Below, piece by piece: positions 61,437 through 64,000 of a stretch of 64,000 nt of DNA. The DNA lies in contig OX442314.1 of NCBI GenBank assembly GCA_949358305.1, forward strand, positions 3,658,001 through 3,722,000. Direction: 5' to 3'. Origin of the DNA: Strigamia acuminata (Eukaryota). Made by a program: the position numbers and the translations under genes. The notes under the pieces were generated by a model that worked only from the letters and a program-made list of their open reading frames with translations, was not told where the DNA came from and made no database searches. Position 1 is the first letter of the stretch; every line of letters starts with the position of its first letter.

Positions 61437-63506
61437 TTAATTAATTTCATCGATATAAGTTGCCCTTAACTCTTTAATTTCGTTTGGACCAAACCCGAAT
61501 CGTGCGCATATCGCATCGATTTGGATTCCGGCCTCATCATCTTGCAAAATGTAGGCGCGTTGAAACGGCAAGCACCGCATGCAGTAACTCGCGTCGGGGA
61601 AATTGTCGAAGCACGAGTTCACAAACCCTTCTAGTATCGACATCTGTCTGCGCTCGGGCAAGAACGCGGACGCACTGTAAGCCATACAACGGCAAAATTG
61701 CTTGAAAACCACCATTTCGTCGTCCGGCGAAACACTTGTTCGCAAACTATCCTTATCCAGTTTTCCTGCTTGACGAGCATCCATAATCCGAGAGATTTTG
61801 TCAAAACAAGCCGAGATCTTTCTCCTTTCGCTCCCTGTGTTGTCGCTCAACAACAATGCAGTTGTTTCAAAGTTCTGTTGAAAATGAAAGGACAGTGAAT
61901 CCAAACTATCTTTGAGCTCGCACTCGTTCAGTTCTTCGGACACAGTTTCTGGAAGCCAATTCCGGAATCTTTCAATGATTTCCTCCACCGGCTCCCAATT
62001 GGTGAAGTGGTAGAGGAGAATCGATTTTTTCAGCTCATTGGTCGTAATTCCGTCGGTGTCATCTGAAAAAGTGAAGAGGAAAAACCTGTCGAGTCTCGCC
62101 CACCGGCTCTCGTCGTTTTCGTCGCGAAGAACGGCGTATCCTATGGCGGACGCAAAGTGGGAACACTGTAACTTGAAAATCGCCATTTGTTCGCTCGTCG
62201 TTATATACTTTTTAGCCGCTGACTCGTAAAAATCCCAATGCAAATTGCCTTCAGCGTGATTAGTATAATAGAACTCTGCGATGCATTTGGACAAAATGCG
62301 CCTCCTCCGTTCGACACTCGCGTCGTTGAACATCAAGTGCAGGTTGTCGAAATCCCGATTCTTACACAAGCTGAGGAAAATGAACCAATGTTTAATGCCG
62401 AATTGGGTGCTCTTCATTTCGAGCGGAGCATTTTTCCAAAAACGAAACATACACTCCTCCATCTCGCACGATTGTTTCCAATAAATTTGCTTAGTTTTAC
62501 AGATCATGGTATTAAAGTCGTAACTAGACGCGATCACATTGAGAACGCGGCTCAACATGGGCGCGAACGAGTCCCTCACGTCCGACAAATGCATGAGCAA
62601 AGGCAACACGCATCTCAATCCATAGTCCGAGTACAAAATGGCCGTCAGTTGTCGGTCGTCCATTTCGGCGAGCAGGAAGTTGGTGATGCCCATCTCGAAA
62701 GTGCAGAAACAATCGTCGCTGTGTTTGTCGTGGTCTTCGGGGTTTGGCTCGTAATTGAAGTGATCGATCAAGTCCTCCAAGGCACTTTCGCTTTGGATGA
62801 GTCGCTCGACGATCTCGTTTCTTTCGAGCGGACTCATGAGCGACCACACGTACTCCACGCCGCATTGGTTTGTCTTGTCTACGAACAGGAAAAACATTTT
62901 CCATTTCTCGTCGCGAGTGGGATTATTATTATTAATCATCGTCCTTTTCCAGAATTTATACATCATACTTTTCAAGTTGGTTTCCTTTTGCTTGTCGAAA
63001 CGTATTCGTAAACTGTCGGCGTGTTCGTTCCAAATATCTCGGACGACGTCTGCGACGCAACACACGACGGCGACGGCGAATCTCGACATCATTTTCAAAC
63101 ATTGCAAGCGTGAAATAACTCGTGCTGTTTCGGCCGCGTCTAGTTGACCGTGGACTGTCCATTGCGAGCATTGGATGATGCTTTTCGCACATTTCACGTC
63201 GATGGAGTTGACGCCGTTGAAAACCACTCTGACTAAAAATCTCAGCAAATCCCACAATTGCTTTCCAACGTGCCTAACACACGCATCCAACATTGGTTTT
63301 ATAATCACCGGAATGGCGAAAGCGTGTACTCGATTACAAAGTGTTTGTTGCAAGTCTAACCATTGGTTCTTGTGAATCTCCGTCGTGAATTTATTGCAAG
63401 TGGTCAGAATAAGAGAAATATCGTTATCTTTGTATTTCCATAATAAAAGCGAAGATTTCACGAGCGAAATGTGTGTTAGAGTCGGCAAATCCAAAACGGA
63501 CTTCAT
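61437..63506 (-). CDS. Intronless uncharacterised protein, 689 aa, probably helical
   Basis: 2-kb open frame with normal composition in an AT-rich flank. No catalytic motif recognised. The N-terminal LPTLTHISLVK loosely resembles a BC-box. Confidence 0.85.
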   Translation of the reverse strand: MKSVLDLPTLTHISLVKSSLLLWKYKDNDISLILTTCNKFTTEIHKNQWLDLQQTLCNRVHAFAIPVIIKPMLDACVRHVGKQLWDLLRFLVRVVFNGVNSIDVKCAKSIIQCSQWTVHGQLDAAETARVISRLQCLKMMSRFAVAVVCCVADVVRDIWNEHADSLRIRFDKQKETNLKSMMYKFWKRTMINNNNPTRDEKWKMFFLFVDKTNQCGVEYVWSLMSPLERNEIVERLIQSESALEDLIDHFNYEPNPEDHDKHSDDCFCTFEMGITNFLLAEMDDRQLTAILYSDYGLRCVLPLLMHLSDVRDSFAPMLSRVLNVIASSYDFNTMICKTKQIYWKQSCEMEECMFRFWKNAPLEMKSTQFGIKHWFIFLSLCKNRDFDNLHLMFNDASVERRRRILSKCIAEFYYTNHAEGNLHWDFYESAAKKYITTSEQMAIFKLQCSHFASAIGYAVLRDENDESRWARLDRFFLFTFSDDTDGITTNELKKSILLYHFTNWEPVEEIIERFRNWLPETVSEELNECELKDSLDSLSFHFQQNFETTALLLSDNTGSERRKISACFDKISRIMDARQAGKLDKDSLRTSVSPDDEMVVFKQFCRCMAYSASAFLPERRQMSILEGFVNSCFDNFPDASYCMRCLPFQRAYILQDDEAGIQIDAICARFGFGPNEIKELRATYIDEIN

Positions 63507-64000
63507 GGATGTAATCCGAATTTTTCAAACTGAATTTCAAAGCAATAAAAATGTTAAAATGTACCGTACTCAACGGATAATTTTGAAAACCCAAAGTCAC
63601 TTAATCCTGTTTCTTGATTTTCGACATGTTTTCTCGCTACAATGGACACTTGTAACAGATTTGTTGTTTTATTGTCAACATAAATTGTTACACTCAAAAA
63701 CGGTTTGGTTGTTTTAACTAAATATATGGTTGGCTGAGAGACAACTAAACATTTAGTTAAAGACAACTTTAGAATTTTTGTTGCTTCAACTGAATTTAAT
63801 AAGGGAAACTAAATTTTTAGTCTGCTCTTAAGCCTACTTAAGTTTTCCAACAATCTGTAATCAATGTAAATTCAATATCATGTCTTTTTTTATTCTTTTT
63901 ATTTCTATCTCACACAACCAAAAATTAAATAAAATGCAATACCTCAACAATTTTTGTGCGTAAAACCTATAAAAAAGTGAATAAAACCAACAGTTCCTCC

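Noticed and set aside
62238..63011. 257-aa plus-strand ORF
   Set aside because: Antisense shadow of the 689-aa gene.

Overview
Eukaryotic, probably arthropod, genomic DNA (short GT-AG introns, microsatellites, LTR and MITE relics) in three parts. (1) 1-21665 appears to be the interior of a very large DNA transposon, extending past the window start, whose piggyBac-like terminus (CCCTATGGCGCGCATGCGG on the minus strand, next to TTAG) lies at 21665. It carries a compact intronless thymidine kinase, a two-finger C2H2 gene, a retropepsin-like gene lacking the catalytic motif, two genes built from phase-2 78-nt exons and three low-complexity or coiled-coil genes. These are interleaved with decayed copies of the element family's own subterminal DNA, a repeated conserved UUCG hairpin and a Pol III-type RNA. 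(2) 23032-55283 is a 32,252-bp non-coding compound element of the same terminal family: two near-identical ~14.5-kb units plus a linker, flanked by a TTAG duplication. Removing it rejoins two ORFs in frame into one gag-like gene. Each unit holds a multi-kb palindrome with 56-bp hairpin repeats whose centre is flipped between copies. (3) 55284-64000 has LTR-retrotransposon remnants, a 6-exon secreted Cys-rich gene and an intronless 689-aa gene. No transposase was seen. Splice models and alignments were done by eye and no database search was run.
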